Origin: Histomonas meleagridis 2922-C6/04-290x
Lineage: Eukaryota; Protista; Parabasalia
Direction of reading: 5' to 3'
DNA: 64,000 nucleotides
Assembly: GCA_020184695.1 (NCBI GenBank)
Contig: JAANOX010000245.1
Coordinates: forward strand, 310,001 to 374,000
The position numbers and the translations under genes are program-made. The notes under the pieces were generated by a model. That model ran no database searches. It had not been told where the DNA came from and saw nothing but the letters and a program-made list of their open reading frames with translations. Shown piece after piece: positions 31,288-42,900 of the stretch (within the stretch, counting starts at the first letter, position 1; each line of letters opens with the position of its first letter).

Positions 31288-34200
31288 TTACCACCACGGT
31301 AGCCAGCACCCGTCCATTTTCGCCTGGTTTTCGATTGCCTTTGCTTTCTTTATCAAATTTTCGATTTCATCATTTATGTCAATTTCGTCATCTCCATTAA
31401 TTCTTTGATACAAACAGTCCACCTCTTCATTTCCCGAATCGTATTCAGTATATTTACTTAAATATTTAGTTGGCACCACTTTATTTTCGAATGGTGGCTT
31501 ACACAAAAAGAATTGTAAAATTGGCGCCAAAACATTTGAAAATTTTCTTAAGTCGCGTAAAGCGTTCAAAAAGGCGTGTTTGAAAGGACCGTTTACGCCG
31601 CTAATTCCGAATGTATACTTTATCATTTTTGTCAGTCTAAACGGCACGGGGTGCTCCTTTCCGGAGACGTTAAATTTTGTATAAGTTGTTGAACCGCTAA
31701 TTTTATCAAAAAGTATTGCAGAAGGAGAAGTATCCACCAAACCGAACAAATAAGAAGTAAAGCTTAAGAAACCCATTGATTTTCCGAACATTGAGCTTCT
31801 ATTAATCCATGACATTGAGTTATTTGATGAAACCAAAATTGCGTATGATAAGTCATATAAATTAATTTCATTTTGATATTTTTTAATTTTTTTAATTCTT
31901 TTTTCTATATTTTTACAATTATTAAATTCATTAATCATTAATATTAATTTTGGTTCTACTATATTATTTTTAGATTTATTATACATTGATACTAATTCAT
32001 ATAATTGGATGTGACCTTTTAGCAATTCAATTAAAGTGGTTTTCTCCGATAATTCAATGACCGATCGCTGTTTCAATTTGTATAAGGGTGAAATTCCATT
32101 GACTAAATTCATTAATTCTTCGCTTTGTTTTGTTAACATGTTTTTATAATTCGTATGTAACAAATGATAATTAAATTTCTTCCCATTTGATCCAATTATT
32201 GATATTCGGAATCCATTATCTAATCTTTGAATCGAATGAAAGAAACGTGAAATTTTTATATCATTTTCGAACCCTTTATTTCCTAATAATGATAACACCC
32301 AATTCGTTTTACGTTCGATGGCTTCATCGAATGAAGTTAAAGGTATTACACGTATTGAGTCTTGTTTTTTAATTATTAAATTTAATAATGATATAACTTC
32401 ATCTTTATTATAATCTTCCGAATTTATAATATTTTCGATATCTTTTTGGAACATATTTAAGAATTCGATATCATATTTACATATATTTAATTGTTTTAAA
32501 ATATATTTCTTCGATTTTATTAATTCTTTTGCAGATTTAATATCATTTTTATTATAATATTCAAGACTTTCATTTAAAATATTTATCCATTGTTCATAAT
32601 AATTATTTGATATCATTGTTAATTTAGAAGATATTAAATTCATTTGTGAAAACATTATCGGATTATCACGTTGAATGATCGAAATCATTGAGTTAATGTT
32701 TGGTAATTTAGGATTATTAATTAAATCATATGCTATAGATTGTGGATAATCAGTACATAAACAACCAATGATATAATGTACTAAATTAGTTATTAATTTA
32801 GATGAATGTGAAAACATCATTATCGATATATAAGAAATTGGTATAAATGATTTCGTTGGTAATTTTTTAAATGTTTTAATTATATGTTCAATAGTTTTAT
32901 TATGTTGATAAAAGTTTATTGATAATGATAACAATTGATATATTACTAATGAATTTAATTTCTTTTTAATTAATTTACTGATGTTCTTGGATGATAAATA
33001 TGAATATTCTTCTAAATTTGTGATATGTGATAATATAGTTAAACAATTTATGATTTTCTCTAAGTTTTTATTCGCTGTTTGGAAATATTTTAATGATTGG
33101 ATTAAATCATCAACATTTTTAGATGTATTAAATAATTCTTTTCCAATAAAATTATTAATTCGTATCTTTAAAATTTGATCATCATTTTCATCTTCATTAA
33201 TTTGACTTAATAATTCTAATGCTGAATTTAATGAATTTTCTGTTTTTGTATTTAATCGAATTTTTGCATATTTATATTTATTTGAGTTTTGATCATTAAA
33301 AAATATATTTATTAAATAAGATGTCATTGAATAATTTGATTTAATTGATGATGAAAGTATTTTATATGAATATTCATCAATTTCTTTAATGTTTGGAACT
33401 AATTTCCGTATTTTTAATAACTCTTTTTGTGCATATGGATTATTATTTAAGAATTGTAATCTTTTATTCCATGCGTTTTTATATTTATCATATAAATTTG
33501 GATCATTAATTATTTTTATTACATTTGTTAATTCATGAAGTTGTTCAGCTTTAAATAATCTTTTTTTTAATTCCGTTTTATTATTCTTTTCGATAGATAT
33601 AATTGAAGAACCTAAATATCTCCATCCTAAATGTATTGATTTTTTAGCTTCTTCTAATTGATTAAATTTTATATATAAAATTGATTTTTGTATACAATCA
33701 TCAATCGAATAATCAGATGTTAAATTTGTATAACTAATTGCTTCTTCTTTATTCCCTAAATAAGCTTCTGATATCCAAAAATATTTAGCTAGAAAACTTT
33801 GATCGACCAAATTTTGTTGATATAATTCAGTTTTATATTTATGAATTTCATTCCATTGATCTAATGTAGCTAAACATATAATTTTATCTTTAAAATATTT
33901 GTTATTATTCTCTAATGTATTTATTTGTTTTAATGCTAAATTAAATTCCCCTAATTCCATCCATACTTTATAATTAATTTGTTCTTTATATTTAAATGCT
34001 ATAGAATATGATTCTGAATTACGTCCTACAATTTGATTTAATTTAATAAGATTTTCAATTTCATTGATATTAATTTGATGATTTTTCTTATTAAATGATA
34101 AATAAGTTTCTAAGAAAAATAATGCTTTCGAATAATGTTTCTCTTGAATACAACGTTCAACAATTAAATTATTATTAAAGTTTAAATTAAATTCACATAA

Positions 34201-37200
34201 TATAGAGAACTCTAATAAATCAATAAATTGATTTAATATAATTCGTGATACATTTTTACATTTAAAAACTTCATTAATTATTTCACTAACTTGATCTTTT
34301 TGATCATTATTTAATATGAAATAAAATTGAATAAACGCAAATTGAAACGTAAACTTTGGTAATTGTGGTAATTCAATTAATGTACGAATTATTTCTGATT
34401 TGGAATATATTAATAATATATTACGTAATTCTCTAAACCAATGATTAATTTCATTTGAAGATTTATCTTTAATATCTTTAAATTGAATAAAACTATTTAG
34501 AAATGTATTAATTTCATAAGTCGCTTGTTGATTTTGTTGTGAATTTATATTTTGTGTATTATTATTTTTTTGGATTTCATTTTTGTTTTCATTATTTTGA
34601 TTATTATTATTTTCTAACATTATTAATAATTGCTTTGCTCGATCTTTCCAACGCATTTGTGAACGAGCAGCCAAAGAATTAATACAACGTTTAATAGTTG
34701 AAATATATATTGATGATTTACAATATTTAATAATGAATTCTAATGTATCTAATGAATATTCTTGAATATAACTTGGATTTGTTGGTTGTAAGAAGTCCAT
34801 CATTCCAGTAATAATAGTTGGTAAATATGATGGACAATATTTTGATATTTCATTTAATAATTGAAATATTTCATTTGAATAACTTAAATTCATTTGATTA
34901 TTATTATTATTATTATATGAAGTCTTACTTTCTCTTAATATGAAAAATGATTCAGTTACGATTAAATGTAATATAGTTTCACATTTTCCATGTGTTGCAA
35001 TAACTATAGACTTTAATACTTGTGATACTTTTTGCGTATATTTCTTTTCTTTAGATATCCAATGATCATAAACCGAATCAAAGATTCGTTTGGAATATGG
35101 TAATATTAAATGTCCTGAAACAGTAATAATTTCAGTCAAATTATCAAAGAATTGATCCAAGTTTTCATTCGACGATTTTTCAATGAATTCTAAAAAGATA
35201 TTTAAAAATGATTCAATATATTGTGGTATTAATATTGGCTCTAATTTATATATCTTTGTAATAATTCTAGAAATCGATTTTCGTGTTGAATCAATTCCAA
35301 TCATTTGGAATTGTTTATTTAAATAATCTAAATATATGTTCATGAAATAATGTTTAAATTGTGTCGGATTCTTTAATGATGACTTAAATACCATTGGTAA
35401 TGAAGTTAAATTATATGGTACATCAATAAAACCTATCGCACCTATAACTTTTAATGTTTTCGTAACTAATTTCATCGAGTTATGTTCATATAATAAATTT
35501 AATAAAACCGGTATTAATTGTGGAGTCGTATCAAGTAAATAATCTTTCGTTCCTAAGTTTTTTAATGATTTTAAGACATATATCTTAGTCCATGGATGAA
35601 CTGGTTGTTTTAATATATCACAAAATAATGAGATAATTGGTTTGATCGGAATTATGTCTGGACAAATTTGATGAAGCTTACTTAAGGATTTGATTAATGC
35701 TTCATCAATGTTCTGGAAAATGGCCGAGTTCATATATATTAATGATTCACCTTGAATCTTATTGTTCTTAAATCGTTGGTTTAAAATGGCCATAAATTGC
35801 TTATAAATGGCTTCCGCATAGATATATATCCATGATTCAGCGGCTACTAATAACGATGGAAATACTATCCATATTGGCATAGTTTCTGGTAAGATGATAT
35901 TAAAGTTAAAATTCATTTGCTTGAGCGAAGAAAGTATTAAACTTCGTAAGATGGTACCAGTGACAACTTTTAATGATCGAAATATGTATAATGCACGTTT
36001 TCGAATATCGGTGGATTCGTCATAGATAAAATGACAAAACAATGGAAAGACATCAGGTTGGGCTATATATTTGTATGTATTAGGTGTAAATGCAGATAAT
36101 GATTTTAATCGAACTGACCGAATTGGATCATTTAACGCAAATTGTACAAGCTTTGAGATGGTGCCTAATGGCATTTTATTAGGAAATGATTCAAATAAAT
36201 GGATTGATGCAGATGCAATAATTTCTCGAACTTGTGTATCTTTATTAGTTGAAAGCTTTAAGATCAATGCGTTAAGTTCAATTGCGTCGTTAAATGAAGT
36301 GATTGGAATGTTTAATAAAGCTTCAAGTGATATCAGAATTTTTTCAGTTTTAGTAGATGGCGATGTTAATTCTTGTCTAATTAAATGGATCATTTGTGTC
36401 TTGAAAAAGATAAAGCTAGTCGTCCATTTTGGTCGAGCTTTATTTAATGTTATTAATAAGTTTTGGATTGGGATGGGTACAACCGACGACGATAGAATGT
36501 ATGGGATAATTGACAGGAACTGTGAAATATTTGACTGTATTGGTAATGATTCAATTGATGATATTGTAATGTTAAATGCTATCATTGGACCAATGTCTGC
36601 TGGCAATTTCTTACAAAATATATTAATTTGTTCTGTGATAGCTAATGATTTGGTTCCAATATATTTCGGAAATGCTAAAATTAATTTTGAAAATAATTTC
36701 ACAGTTTGTTTGGGCATTGTTAACATAAAAGAACAACATATTTTAAATAAAGTTTCAAATAATTCTAGTTTGACATCAACGGCATTAATTTTTTGAAGTT
36801 TTATAATAATTCCTATTGATGATGTAACAATGTAATAATTTCGAGATTTCAAAAATTCAACACATTTTGGCAACAAGAGAAATTCTGCAGATTTCTTTTG
36901 AACATATGGTTTGATTTTTAATAAAAAGTTTAACAGTTGAAAATTGATAATGAGATTATCAGTATTTGTAATTTCGGTGAAGTTTTTTGTTGTGGCTAAA
37001 AGTAATATTTCGCGTAGTTCTGCAAGAAATTGAGATCCAATACCTGATTTCTCTGTTTGGGAATTAAATAAATTTCGTAATAATTTGATGAGAATTGGAC
37101 AAACTATACGATCTCCTGTTTGAAGGTTTTCCGTGATAAGTGTTGTAAACTTTGTCCCGAGTGGAAAGAATAGATCTGGTGATTCAATAGAAAGTTGTTT

Positions 37201-37686
37201 TAATATATAACCGGCTGTGTAACGGTAGTCTGGTGGCTGAGAAACAGCTAATAAGCTCATTTGTTTTTCTACAATTTGTATTAAAAAGGCATCTCGCTCA
37301 GGTCCTGAAATTCTTGCTAAACGTGCTAAAACTTTGGCTCCTATTTTAACTATTGGCTTATAACCAGGAACAAGCAGTTTTTCTACAACGGGTCTATATT
37401 GTAAAATATAATCATCAAATGGAAATAAATGAATTAAACTCGTAACACAAACGGCAGCATTAAAGCGTCGTCTTTTTTCTCCTGACTTTGCTTCTATTTC
37501 TATTAATTTAAGCATTCCACTCAGAAAAGTAGGAACATATTGTAATGAAGAAAATCTAAAGAAATCAATGATTTGATTTTGTGTATCATGAACGTAATCA
37601 AAAAAATCCGAGAATATTATAGACTCATTCGTTGGTGTTGCATATTGAATGAGTTTTCCTATGTATTCTTGCATCCAATCATCCAT
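31288..37686 (-). CDS. TOR-like PIKK (HEAT-FAT-kinase-FATC), predicted pseudokinase
   Basis: HEAT repeats, FAT-like region, kinase-like SYLFGLVDTSPSAILFD...VPFRLTKM, and a FATC-like end (CWLPWW). Catalytic motifs are altered. Confidence 0.83.
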   Translation of the reverse strand: MDDWMQEYIGKLIQYATPTNESIIFSDFFDYVHDTQNQIIDFFRFSSLQYVPTFLSGMLKLIEIEAKSGEKRRRFNAAVCVTSLIHLFPFDDYILQYRPVVEKLLVPGYKPIVKIGAKVLARLARISGPERDAFLIQIVEKQMSLLAVSQPPDYRYTAGYILKQLSIESPDLFFPLGTKFTTLITENLQTGDRIVCPILIKLLRNLFNSQTEKSGIGSQFLAELREILLLATTKNFTEITNTDNLIINFQLLNFLLKIKPYVQKKSAEFLLLPKCVEFLKSRNYYIVTSSIGIIIKLQKINAVDVKLELFETLFKICCSFMLTMPKQTVKLFSKLILAFPKYIGTKSLAITEQINIFCKKLPADIGPMIAFNITISSIESLPIQSNISQFLSIIPYILSSSVVPIPIQNLLITLNKARPKWTTSFIFFKTQMIHLIRQELTSPSTKTEKILISLEALLNIPITSFNDAIELNALILKLSTNKDTQVREIIASASIHLFESFPNKMPLGTISKLVQFALNDPIRSVRLKSLSAFTPNTYKYIAQPDVFPLFCHFIYDESTDIRKRALYIFRSLKVVTGTILRSLILSSLKQMNFNFNIILPETMPIWIVFPSLLVAAESWIYIYAEAIYKQFMAILNQRFKNNKIQGESLIYMNSAIFQNIDEALIKSLSKLHQICPDIIPIKPIISLFCDILKQPVHPWTKIYVLKSLKNLGTKDYLLDTTPQLIPVLLNLLYEHNSMKLVTKTLKVIGAIGFIDVPYNLTSLPMVFKSSLKNPTQFKHYFMNIYLDYLNKQFQMIGIDSTRKSISRIITKIYKLEPILIPQYIESFLNIFLEFIEKSSNENLDQFFDNLTEIITVSGHLILPYSKRIFDSVYDHWISKEKKYTQKVSQVLKSIVIATHGKCETILHLIVTESFFILRESKTSYNNNNNNQMNLSYSNEIFQLLNEISKYCPSYLPTIITGMMDFLQPTNPSYIQEYSLDTLEFIIKYCKSSIYISTIKRCINSLAARSQMRWKDRAKQLLIMLENNNNQNNENKNEIQKNNNTQNINSQQNQQATYEINTFLNSFIQFKDIKDKSSNEINHWFRELRNILLIYSKSEIIRTLIELPQLPKFTFQFAFIQFYFILNNDQKDQVSEIINEVFKCKNVSRIILNQFIDLLEFSILCEFNLNFNNNLIVERCIQEKHYSKALFFLETYLSFNKKNHQININEIENLIKLNQIVGRNSESYSIAFKYKEQINYKVWMELGEFNLALKQINTLENNNKYFKDKIICLATLDQWNEIHKYKTELYQQNLVDQSFLAKYFWISEAYLGNKEEAISYTNLTSDYSIDDCIQKSILYIKFNQLEEAKKSIHLGWRYLGSSIISIEKNNKTELKKRLFKAEQLHELTNVIKIINDPNLYDKYKNAWNKRLQFLNNNPYAQKELLKIRKLVPNIKEIDEYSYKILSSSIKSNYSMTSYLINIFFNDQNSNKYKYAKIRLNTKTENSLNSALELLSQINEDENDDQILKIRINNFIGKELFNTSKNVDDLIQSLKYFQTANKNLEKIINCLTILSHITNLEEYSYLSSKNISKLIKKKLNSLVIYQLLSLSINFYQHNKTIEHIIKTFKKLPTKSFIPISYISIMMFSHSSKLITNLVHYIIGCLCTDYPQSIAYDLINNPKLPNINSMISIIQRDNPIMFSQMNLISSKLTMISNNYYEQWINILNESLEYYNKNDIKSAKELIKSKKYILKQLNICKYDIEFLNMFQKDIENIINSEDYNKDEVISLLNLIIKKQDSIRVIPLTSFDEAIERKTNWVLSLLGNKGFENDIKISRFFHSIQRLDNGFRISIIGSNGKKFNYHLLHTNYKNMLTKQSEELMNLVNGISPLYKLKQRSVIELSEKTTLIELLKGHIQLYELVSMYNKSKNNIVEPKLILMINEFNNCKNIEKRIKKIKKYQNEINLYDLSYAILVSSNNSMSWINRSSMFGKSMGFLSFTSYLFGLVDTSPSAILFDKISGSTTYTKFNVSGKEHPVPFRLTKMIKYTFGISGVNGPFKHAFLNALRDLRKFSNVLAPILQFFLCKPPFENKVVPTKYLSKYTEYDSGNEEVDCLYQRINGDDEIDINDEIENLIKKAKAIENQAKMDGCWLPWW

Positions 37687-37758
37687 TTCGAGTTACAGTT
37701 TTCAATCAAGAACGATCACAACCGCATTCTTGAATTTAAAAGGTTTACTGTAAATTGA

Positions 37759-38523
37759 ATGAAAAATAATGAACACGATTATTATAACAGAATAAAAAAT
37801 TGGGATTTTAGCGATATAAAGTATGAAATAGAAAGTCTAACTGATTGGGATATGTACAAAATATTAAATGAAAAAGCTACAAAAGAATCTAGAATACTAG
37901 ATTTAGGAACAGGTGGAGGAGAAAAGGTAATCAAAGAATTTCCAAATGCACTAGAAATAATCGGAACTGATTTTTCAGAAGAAATGATTAATACAGCCAA
38001 AGAGAACTTAAAGAAATCTAATAAGCAAAATATTCAATTTAGAGTTATGGATAATTTAAATATGGATACACAAGATGATTATTTTGATATAGTAGTAGCA
38101 AGACATACATGCATTGATGCAAAGCAAATTTATAAAACATTAAAATTTGGAGGCATGTTAATACTTAGAGGAGTAGATAAATTAGATTGTTGGCAACTCA
38201 AAAGGCTATTTAATCGAGGTCAAGCTTTCCATGATATAAAACCAATAAGTCAAATTGATTATGAAAATATATTAGATGCTGGCTTTAAAAATGTCGAACT
38301 AGTCCCCATATATTATAGAGAATATTTCAAAACCAAAGAAGACTTATTAGCTTTATTACTAAAAACGCCAATATTGGATGATTTTTCTGAAGAACAAGAA
38401 AATGATAATCTTGTAAAAAAGGAAATTGACATGCAAAAGTTGGATGAATACATAAGCAATAACACAACAGATAAGGGAATTTTACTGAGAAGAAGATATT
38501 ATGGAATAGTAGCTAATAAATAA
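37759..38523 (+). CDS. Class I SAM-dependent methyltransferase, bacterial (Firmicutes-like) type
   Basis: ILDLGTGGGE motif I, IIGTDFSEEMI motif II, FDIVVARH; N-terminal WDFS and RGQ motifs; AGA/ATA-rich codons. Confidence 0.88.
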   Translation: MKNNEHDYYNRIKNWDFSDIKYEIESLTDWDMYKILNEKATKESRILDLGTGGGEKVIKEFPNALEIIGTDFSEEMINTAKENLKKSNKQNIQFRVMDNLNMDTQDDYFDIVVARHTCIDAKQIYKTLKFGGMLILRGVDKLDCWQLKRLFNRGQAFHDIKPISQIDYENILDAGFKNVELVPIYYREYFKTKEDLLALLLKTPILDDFSEEQENDNLVKKEIDMQKLDEYISNNTTDKGILLRRRYYGIVANK

Positions 38524-38947
38524 TGTAATAAAATATGATTATAAATATAATTGTAAATAATGATTGGTGAATTATACATAACACCGCTTTAATTATAAGA
38601 TAATTGGAGTTGATCGCCTTGTAATTATATGAATTTTTTTATCATTTACATCCAATTATAGCCTAATTTTACTTTCAATTACAATTAAATTGGTTTTCGA
38701 AAATTAGAAGCACTTTTTGATCGGTTTTTATAGAATTACGTTCAAAAAGTGGAATCGATATGTTGATACATAAATCGAATTTAATGAAAAGAAGCTTTAC
38801 TGATTTGAACCATAAATGTATCATATAAAGTTAAAACGGTACATAAATACAAAAAGTGGAAGCAAGAATAATCGAATTTTATAATATATTTGTTATCCAA
38901 AAATTAATTTCTAAATCAAATATAACCAAAAAATTTCAAGTTGTGTT

Positions 38948-39508
38948 TTACCTAGTTGACACTTCAAAGACTGTCCTTAATCCAGTAAGGCGATGATATG
39001 CGTTAGCGAAAGATTTAAGACGATCTTCAACACGTGTCTTATCATGAGAATCAAGGGTAACATATGTTGTTTGCTTTCCGTCAGTATCATAGTGAATACG
39101 TTTTGCAACAATTGCTGTTGGATAAACAACATCATCAAGAAGACCTTCGTGGACAGCACGAAGTGTACGGCCAGCATTGCGGATTGCCTTGTAGCGACGT
39201 CCTGGTTCTGGGGTCTTTGGAAAAGCACGACGCTTTCCAACAATAACAACTTGTGAATTTTGAAGCTTCTTTTCAAGTTCTGGAATGACAATGGTTTGGA
39301 ATTGATGCCATGCTGCGATTTGTTTGTATGGAACTTCGATGATTATTGTCTTTAAGCCATCGGATTCGACTTCTTTAGCTTGAGTGATTTTGAGGTTTTC
39401 TAAAACCTTTTTGATTCCTGGTTCTGCACCGGCTGTTACTTCGTTGATTGCTGTAGCAACTTGCTTTTCGAGTGCTGTTGCTTCACCTTTCTTTAAAATG
39501 GTGTTCAT
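38948..39508 (-). CDS. RPS7: 40S ribosomal protein S7 (eS7)
   Basis: LKITQAKEV, IIIEVPY, ELEKKL...VVIVGKRR, RTLRAVHEGLLDDVVYPTAIVAKR, YHRLTG. Confidence 0.95.
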   Translation of the reverse strand: MNTILKKGEATALEKQVATAINEVTAGAEPGIKKVLENLKITQAKEVESDGLKTIIIEVPYKQIAAWHQFQTIVIPELEKKLQNSQVVIVGKRRAFPKTPEPGRRYKAIRNAGRTLRAVHEGLLDDVVYPTAIVAKRIHYDTDGKQTTYVTLDSHDKTRVEDRLKSFANAYHRLTGLRTVFEVSTR

Positions 39509-39510
39509 TT

Positions 39511-39516
39511 AAAAGG
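39511..39516 (-). promoter_or_regulatory. M5-like (CCTTT) element
   Basis: CCTTTT 2 nt upstream of the RPS7 ATG. Confidence 0.5.
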
Positions 39517-39941
39517 CCAAAGTTAACCGTCATAACCGCCACGTAATATTCAATTAAAATACCCAAACAAACCTAGTCATTTTATTCTAATTGTTTTTGC
39601 TTGTTGAACAAGACTATTTAATCATATATGCGTAATTTTATCAAGATGTCGTTATTAATAAATGATGTTGTTATTATCTTGATCTTAATAAATGATTATC
39701 ATATGATAAAATTTTTTATTTGGATTTTTTTTTAATATATTAATACGAATATTTTTATGAAAAATTATGTTATTTGATATTATAACAGTTGTTGTAGCTA
39801 TGGAACTTCAATATTTATTCATATATTAATATAATTAAATTATATATGTTATATATAGATATGTTATATAATTAAATTATTAAATTTATAATAAAAAATT
39901 TAAAAAATAGTTTTTCGTAATTTATTTAAAATAACTAAAAT

Positions 39942-42900
39942 TTAATCTTTTTTCACGTATTCAGGCATGAACCAATAATACTTCAGACATTTTTCATCTT
40001 GGCTAATCTTGCACCAATTATCAGGTATGAAGTCATCAATTCTAAACTTTTCAACTTGCGGGAACTTAAATTCTTCTATAATATATTGAGATTTCTTTAA
40101 TTTATAATGTTTCTTAAACTTATTTGGATTTAATTTCTTATTCATTTCTCTATCTCTTTTATATTTACTTATCATAAATAGCACAATTTCATTTGGTAAA
40201 CTTGGTGAAATACTATCTTTCAATTGCGGATTATCACAAATATTACTAATCATTACTAAAGAAGATACAACTTCTCTTGTAAGGGGCAAAGATAATCTCG
40301 CATCATTTTCGAATGCTGAAAGAAAAGAGTTCCAAATGATAGCATTACTCATACAAAATCTCTCAGGGTTTGTAATTATCTTATTCGCAAGCATAATATC
40401 GAATTTCTTAAGATATTCTCTCATCAAATAATAGAAAATAGGCTCAGGAAAACTCATTACTTGTTTGTTTTGTTCAAGAACAGCTAAAAAGTCAACCAAC
40501 AATGAATAAAACTCAAACGTGGCTGTAGAGAATCGATTAATTAGAAATTCTGTACGTGCTATACATGGCGCTAACAATGTTGAAAGCATTGTATCATGGA
40601 TATAATACAAATTCTTTAAGAATTTGGAGACACGTTTCGGATAGAATTCATATATTGGCGCATAGTGCTGTGTTAATTCTATCAAAACAACGACCGTAGT
40701 AAATCGATCTTTAAATGTCGACCCGGGAATCTTTGGAAAGTCGGATACAAATACAGCTAATGTGGATTCGAAATGTTCCGATTCCTCTTTAAATATTTTA
40801 GATTCAATAAGTGTGGAAAATATTGGAAATACATAGCGTGTGGATACAAAATTACGTGCTAAAATTGGTGGAGAGGTTAATGTAGGCCATTCACGTGTTA
40901 ATACGTCATGGATTAAAAGTTCAGGTGAAATACGCAAATAAGCTTCCATTTGTTTACGCTCTTGAGTATTAAATTCAGAGTCGGAATCTGAGACATCAGA
41001 TGAATAGGATGAGCCGCTGGATGAGGAATGACGTGTGGCGTGCGTACGATCGGAGTAGGATTCACTGCCCGAATAGCTGGAGTCGGATTCGGAGGATTCG
41101 CTTTTGGCTTTGTTGGAATCAGAAATTGTTGTGTCACGAGCAACAAGCTCTTTCTCACTGGCATGCGGCTCGTCCTGTTCTTTAATTTCCTCTTCCTCTT
41201 TCCTTAGTCTTTCTTCTTCCTCTTTACGTAATCTTTCTTCTTCTTCTTTCCTTAATCTTTCTTCTTCCTCCTTACGTAATCTTTCTTCCTCTTCTTTACG
41301 TAATCTTTCTTCTTCTTTACGTAATCTTTCTTCTTCTTCTTTTCTTAGTCTTTCTTCTTCTTCTTTCCTTAATCTTTCTTCTTCCTCCTTACGTAATCTT
41401 TCTTCCTCTTCTTTACGTAATCTTTCTTCTTCTTCTTTACGTAATCTTTCTTCTTCCTCTTCACGTAATCTTTCTTCTTCTTCTTTTCTTAGTCTTTCTT
41501 CCTCTTCTTTCCTTAATCTTTCTTCTTCCTCCTTACGCAATCTTTCTTCTTCTTCTTTCCTTAATCTTTCTTCTTCCTCCTTACGTAATCTTTCTTCCTC
41601 TTCTTTACGTAATCTTTCTTCTTCTTCTTTACGTAATCTTTCTTCTTCTTCTTTTCTTAGTCTTTCTTCTTCTTCTTTACGTAATCTTTCTTCTTCTTCT
41701 TTACGTAATCTTTCTTCTTCTTCTTTCCTTAATCTTTCTTCTTCCTCCTTACGTAATCTTTCTTCCTCTTCTTTACGTAATCTTTCTTCTTCTTCTTTAC
41801 GCAATCTTTCTTCTTCTTCTTTTCTTAGTCTTTCTTCCTCTTCTTTCCTTAATCTTTCTTCTTCCTCCTTACGCAATCTTTCTTCTTCTTCTTTTCTTAG
41901 TCTTTCTTCTTCCTCCTTACGTAATCTTTCTTCCTCTTCTTTACGTAATCTTTCTTCTTCTTCTTTACGCAATCTTTCTTCTTCTTCTTTTCTTAGTCTT
42001 TCTTCTTCTTCTTTCCTTAATCGTTCTTCTTCCTCCTTACGCAATCTTTCTTCTTCTTCTTTTCTTAGTCTTTCTTCTTCCTCCTTACGTAATCTTTCTT
42101 CCTCTTCTTTACGTAATCTTTCTTCTTCTTCTTTCCTTAATCTTTCTTCTTCCTCCTTACGCAATCTTTCTTCTTCTTCTTTTCTTAGTCTTTCTTCTTC
42201 TTCTTTACGTAATCTTTCTTCTTCTTCTTTACGTAATCTTTCTTCTTCTTCTTTACGTAATCTTTCTTCTTCTTCTTTACGTAATCTTTCTTCTTCCTCC
42301 TTACGCAATCTTTCTTCTTCTTCTTTTCTTAGTCTTTCTTCTTCTTCTTTCCTTAATCTTTCTTCTTCCTCCTTACGCAATCTTTCTTCTTCTTCTTTTC
42401 TTAGTCTTTCTTCTTCTTCTTTCCTTAATCTTTCTTCTTCCTCCTTACGCAATCTTTCTTCTTCTTCTTTTCTTAGTCTTTCTTCTTCCTCTTCACGTAA
42501 TCTTTCTTCTTCTTCTTTTCTTAGTCTTTCTTCCTCTTCTTTCCTTAATCGTTCTTCTTCTTCTTTACGTAATCTTTCTTCTTCTTCTTTACGTAATCTT
42601 TCTTCTTCTTCTTTCCTTAATCGTTCTTCTTCTTCTTTCCTTAGTCTTTCTTCCTCTTCTTTACGCAATCGTTCTTCCTCTTCTTTACGTAATCGTTCTT
42701 CTTCCTCTTTTCTTAGACGTTCTTCTTCCTCTTTCTTTAGTCGTTTCTCTTCTTCCTTATTTAGGATTTCTCTTTCCTCATTTCGGAGACGTTCTTCTTC
42801 GTTATTTAACATTTCTTCTTCTTTCGCTTTAAGTTTACTCATTTCTTCTTCAAGTCGTCGTTCTTCTCCTTCTTTCCGTCGTCCTTCTTCTTCTTCGTTA

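Noticed and set aside
36071-36796. 241-aa plus-strand ORF
   Set aside because: Antisense to the TOR-like CDS, with no domain features.
38530-38700. Short inverted repeats (ATAATTGGA/TCCAATTAT) as a MITE beside the methyltransferase
   Set aside because: Too short and AT-rich to distinguish from chance without a repeat library.
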